Shown one piece after another: positions 36,668-38,735 of a stretch of 38,735 nucleotides of DNA. The position numbers were made by a program, and so were the translations under genes. Position 1 is the first letter of the stretch, and the number at the start of each line of letters is the position of its first letter. The stretch spans positions 1 to 38,735 of IMG/VR virus record IMGVR_UViG_3300049857_000025; one strand, given 5' to 3'. The notes below the pieces were generated by a model. That model saw nothing but the letters and a program-made list of their open reading frames with translations, was not told the origin of the DNA and did no database searches. The DNA comes from a virus (lineage: Duplodnaviria > Caudoviricetes).

Positions 36668-36954
36668 TATTTACTTTCCAAAAAAGGTTTAATCCAATCC
36701 ATAAATTTTCCAAAATCTAATTCTAAATGGCAACTCATTCCTTCTTGTGCGCAAGTTTCTTCATCATCTAAATATCTTGATATTAACCAAGCCTTAATTT
36801 CTTCTTTATTAAATTTTATAGGTCTAATTAAAATTAAAGCCTTAATTAAACAGGTTTCACAAAGGCGATTGCCGTCAGACATTTCAACGACTTTTAATCC
36901 ATGATAAGGGCAATCATCACATTTCACATCTACATCTGCATCAATTAATTCCAT
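36667..36954 (-). CDS. Hypothetical protein with two CxxC motifs
   Basis: CDDC and CETC; coupled to the next gene. Confidence 0.68.
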   Translation of the reverse strand: MELIDADVDVKCDDCPYHGLKVVEMSDGNRLCETCLIKALILIRPIKFNKEEIKAWLISRYLDDEETCAQEGMSCHLELDFGKFMDWIKPFLESK

Positions 36955-37117
36955 TCTCGCCCGCTTTCTTTAAAAATTGTTCTATTCCAATCAATAAAGT
37001 TTTTGTATCATATAAGTTTAAAGTATCAGCAGCTGATAAAGGTTTTCTTTCTATTGCCTTTTCGATTGCTTTGATGTTTCTTAAATGTGTGTTTTCTAAA
37101 TCAAGTGTTATTTTCAT
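36941..37117 (-). CDS. Small hypothetical protein (58 aa, below the ORF-track cut-off)
   Basis: My translation: MKITLDLENTHLRNIKAIEKAIERKPLSAADTLNLYDTKTLLIGIEQFLKKAGENGIN*. It fills the gap between its neighbours. Confidence 0.6.
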   Translation of the reverse strand: MKITLDLENTHLRNIKAIEKAIERKPLSAADTLNLYDTKTLLIGIEQFLKKAGENGIN

Positions 37118-37140
37118 TTTCCACTTTCTTTAAAAATTGT
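36961..37140. repeat. 20-bp direct repeat pair, 160 bp apart
   Basis: CCGCTTTCTTTAAAAATTGT (36961-36980) and CCACTTTCTTTAAAAATTGT (37121-37140). Confidence 0.8.
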
Positions 37141-37144
37141 GTGT

Positions 37145-37411
37145 TTACGCATTTTTCAAGTCCTCCAACATTTCTTTAACTTTAAAATAATCTAAATTAT
37201 CCCCTGTTTCATTTGCCTTAGATAGTTGCTGTATCACCTCATCAATCTTTTCTTTTTTGACGATGATTTCGCCTTCATTTAACAAATCTCTTTTATTTAT
37301 ATCTTTAACGATTTCCTCATTTACGCAATATTTGCAAACAAACCGATTATCTTCTTTATCGTATTTGTCAAATTTATAGTTTGAGCTGTCTTTGTGTTTC
37401 TCGCAAATCAT
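37145..37411 (-). CDS. Hypothetical protein with CxxH/CxxC motif
   Basis: MICEKH...CKYC; ATGA overlap with the upstream gene. Confidence 0.65.
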   Translation of the reverse strand: MICEKHKDSSNYKFDKYDKEDNRFVCKYCVNEEIVKDINKRDLLNEGEIIVKKEKIDEVIQQLSKANETGDNLDYFKVKEMLEDLKNA

Positions 37412-37698
37412 TTTGTTTCCTTTAAATATTTACCAAATGAATCTCTTTTTAAGTATTTATGCTTTATTTCAGATTCTTTGGCAAAATCCCTGTAATTTTC
37501 TTGTATAACACTTTGATTAAATATGTAAGCTAAATCATCAATATCAACCAATACTTTTCCGTTGGATGGCAATTCCTCGCTTGTGTTTTCGCAGACAGTT
37601 TTATACATTTTCTTTATTCTTAATATATTCTCTAAGCTAAATTCAGCGTCTAACTGCATACAAAAATAATTAAAAACAAAATCCCGTTCACTTATCAT
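37408..37698 (-). CDS. Hypothetical protein (probable start MISERDF at 37698)
   Basis: GGAG lies upstream of ATG 37698; this start avoids a long overlap with the YopX gene. Confidence 0.62.
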   Translation of the reverse strand: MISERDFVFNYFCMQLDAEFSLENILRIKKMYKTVCENTSEELPSNGKVLVDIDDLAYIFNQSVIQENYRDFAKESEIKHKYLKRDSFGKYLKETK

Positions 37699-38083
37699 TT
37701 TTATTCTCCAATAAATTTTTATTCTCAAAAATATTTCCGATAATTTCAAATCCTTTTTCATTTTTCCATTCAAATCCGCCTTGAAATCCTTGAGTATCTT
37801 GTTGCATAAACATAGCGTAATCTGGTCTGTATTTAACAAAAGAAATTCTTTTCATATAATCTTTTAAGATGTCATGCTCAAAAATAATATTTCCTCGTAT
37901 ATCTTTATGTCCAGTGCTTCGGCAAAGAGTGGCGTCTACTAAGTTTCTGTGATTAATAATACACGCACCTATCTGATAGTTATGCGAATTATCAACACTA
38001 AAACTATAAACTTCACCATTCTGATTTACGAAGAACGCATCCAGCCACCTTTTATTTTTATTATCCCAAGCCTTGAATTCCAT
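37688..38083 (-). CDS. YopX-family phage protein
   Basis: MEFKAWD...STGHKD.RG..IFEHDIL...EIIGNIFENKNLLE. Confidence 0.9.
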   Translation of the reverse strand: MEFKAWDNKNKRWLDAFFVNQNGEVYSFSVDNSHNYQIGACIINHRNLVDATLCRSTGHKDIRGNIIFEHDILKDYMKRISFVKYRPDYAMFMQQDTQGFQGGFEWKNEKGFEIIGNIFENKNLLENKNDK

Positions 38084-38084
38084 G

Positions 38085-38414
38085 TCACTCCTCCGTCGGT
38101 AAAGATTCTATTGCTTTGATTGCGTTTTCTATTGTTTCTTTTTTCACATTAGCACTTAAAGGATTTTTACTTATTTGACTTAACTTTTGCTTTAAGAATC
38201 TTAATATTATATCTTTTGCTATTTCATCAATTTTCGGCTTATCCTCATTCTCATTCAAAAGTCGGCAAACTAGTTCGGCTGTTTTATTATCTACATCGCC
38301 ACTTTTATCCTTACAAATAATAATACATTCGTCAGATAAAACGATATTTTCACAATATTTGTGACTATTAATCCTGTACTTTTCCTGCTCGCTCATTTGA
38401 GACTTTCCTTCCAT
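38085..38414 (-). CDS. Hypothetical protein
   Basis: ORF in the packed operon; its TAELVCRLLNE segment resembles SAELFCKLLND in 33051..33503. Confidence 0.65.
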   Translation of the reverse strand: MEGKSQMSEQEKYRINSHKYCENIVLSDECIIICKDKSGDVDNKTAELVCRLLNENEDKPKIDEIAKDIILRFLKQKLSQISKNPLSANVKKETIENAIKAIESLPTEE

Positions 38415-38734
38415 TCTTTTATCGTTATTTCGTTTTTTACTTTTAGATATTTTTCTAATTCAATTAAAAGTTCTTTTTTGCTTAATTCTTTAAAGTCTTC
38501 AATCTTTAACATCTTAGGAATCTTTCTTGATTTATTAGCACCATGAGCTTCGCAACAAGCACCACAAAGAGAACACATCGGAGCGCCACAAACAAACTGT
38601 CCGCAATAATTGCAACCTTGCGTTGCTTTCATTCCGCAATTGCGACAAGATAAATTTGCATGTTCAGAGCAATAACCTTCTGAATTAATAAATTTACATA
38701 AACATCTGCTTCCATAAAAAGACCATAAACAATT
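38393..38734 (-). CDS. Cysteine-rich protein, 5' end outside the window
   Basis: The frame of the 38393..38632 ORF stays open to the window edge: NCLWSFYGSRCLCKFINSEGYCSEHANLSCRNCGMKATQGCNYCGQFVCGAPMCSLCGACCEAH... Confidence 0.68.
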   Translation of the reverse strand, partial: NCLWSFYGSRCLCKFINSEGYCSEHANLSCRNCGMKATQGCNYCGQFVCGAPMCSLCGACCEAHGANKSRKIPKMLKIEDFKELSKKELLIELEKYLKVKNEITIKEWKESLK

Positions 38735-38735
38735 G

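Noticed and set aside
1630-38546. Other plus-strand and nested ORFs in the track (e.g. 9377..9715, 19335..19703, 19834..20313, 26597..26944, 28199..28579, 34727..35047)
   Set aside because: They overlap well-supported minus-strand genes and show no recognisable motifs or initiation signals.
1-38735. Stop-codon reassignment (alternative genetic code)
   Set aside because: Core genes are full length and tightly coupled under the standard code, and TAA, TAG and TGA all appear as real gene ends.
1-38735. Integrase, att site, tRNA genes or host flanks
   Set aside because: None were recognised, so lifestyle (temperate or lytic) and host cannot be assigned from this window.

Overview
An AT-rich tailed-phage (siphovirus-type) genome segment, almost all on the minus strand, with no recognisable host housekeeping genes. 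Both ends cut through genes. The layout fits a circularly permuted, near-complete genome: an early recombination operon starts near 4259 and runs left off the window (Sak4-like AAA ATPase, DUF669 SSB, RecE/ExoVIII-like nuclease, HTH, DEDDh exonuclease). It apparently resumes at the right end (small accessory ORFs, YopX, SF2 helicase, beta-clamp-like protein, Prim-Pol/DUF3987 primase-helicase). Next come a ~900 bp non-coding region, three small genes and a complete HK97-type morphogenesis module: TerS, TerL, portal fused to a MuF/gp7 domain, protease, capsid, decoration protein, connectors, an inserted fibre cassette, two tail-tube paralogues, frameshifting chaperones, tape measure, tail tip and a holin-like gene. 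A RusA-like gene is the only convincing plus-strand CDS. I found no integrase, endolysin, tRNA or CRISPR array. The most striking signal is non-coding. Twelve genes, mostly early/replication genes, use the unusual ribosome-binding heptamer ACGGAGA, often in a hairpin loop, and a predicted ~100-nt structured RNA at 29283-29384 displays its complement (UCUCCG) twice in single-stranded regions. This is a candidate phage antisense-RNA regulon. The window also has tandem NrdR-like boxes 31 bp apart at the early promoter, a recurring palindromic operator and an iteron-flanked candidate origin. All family assignments come from motif recognition by eye, not database searches.
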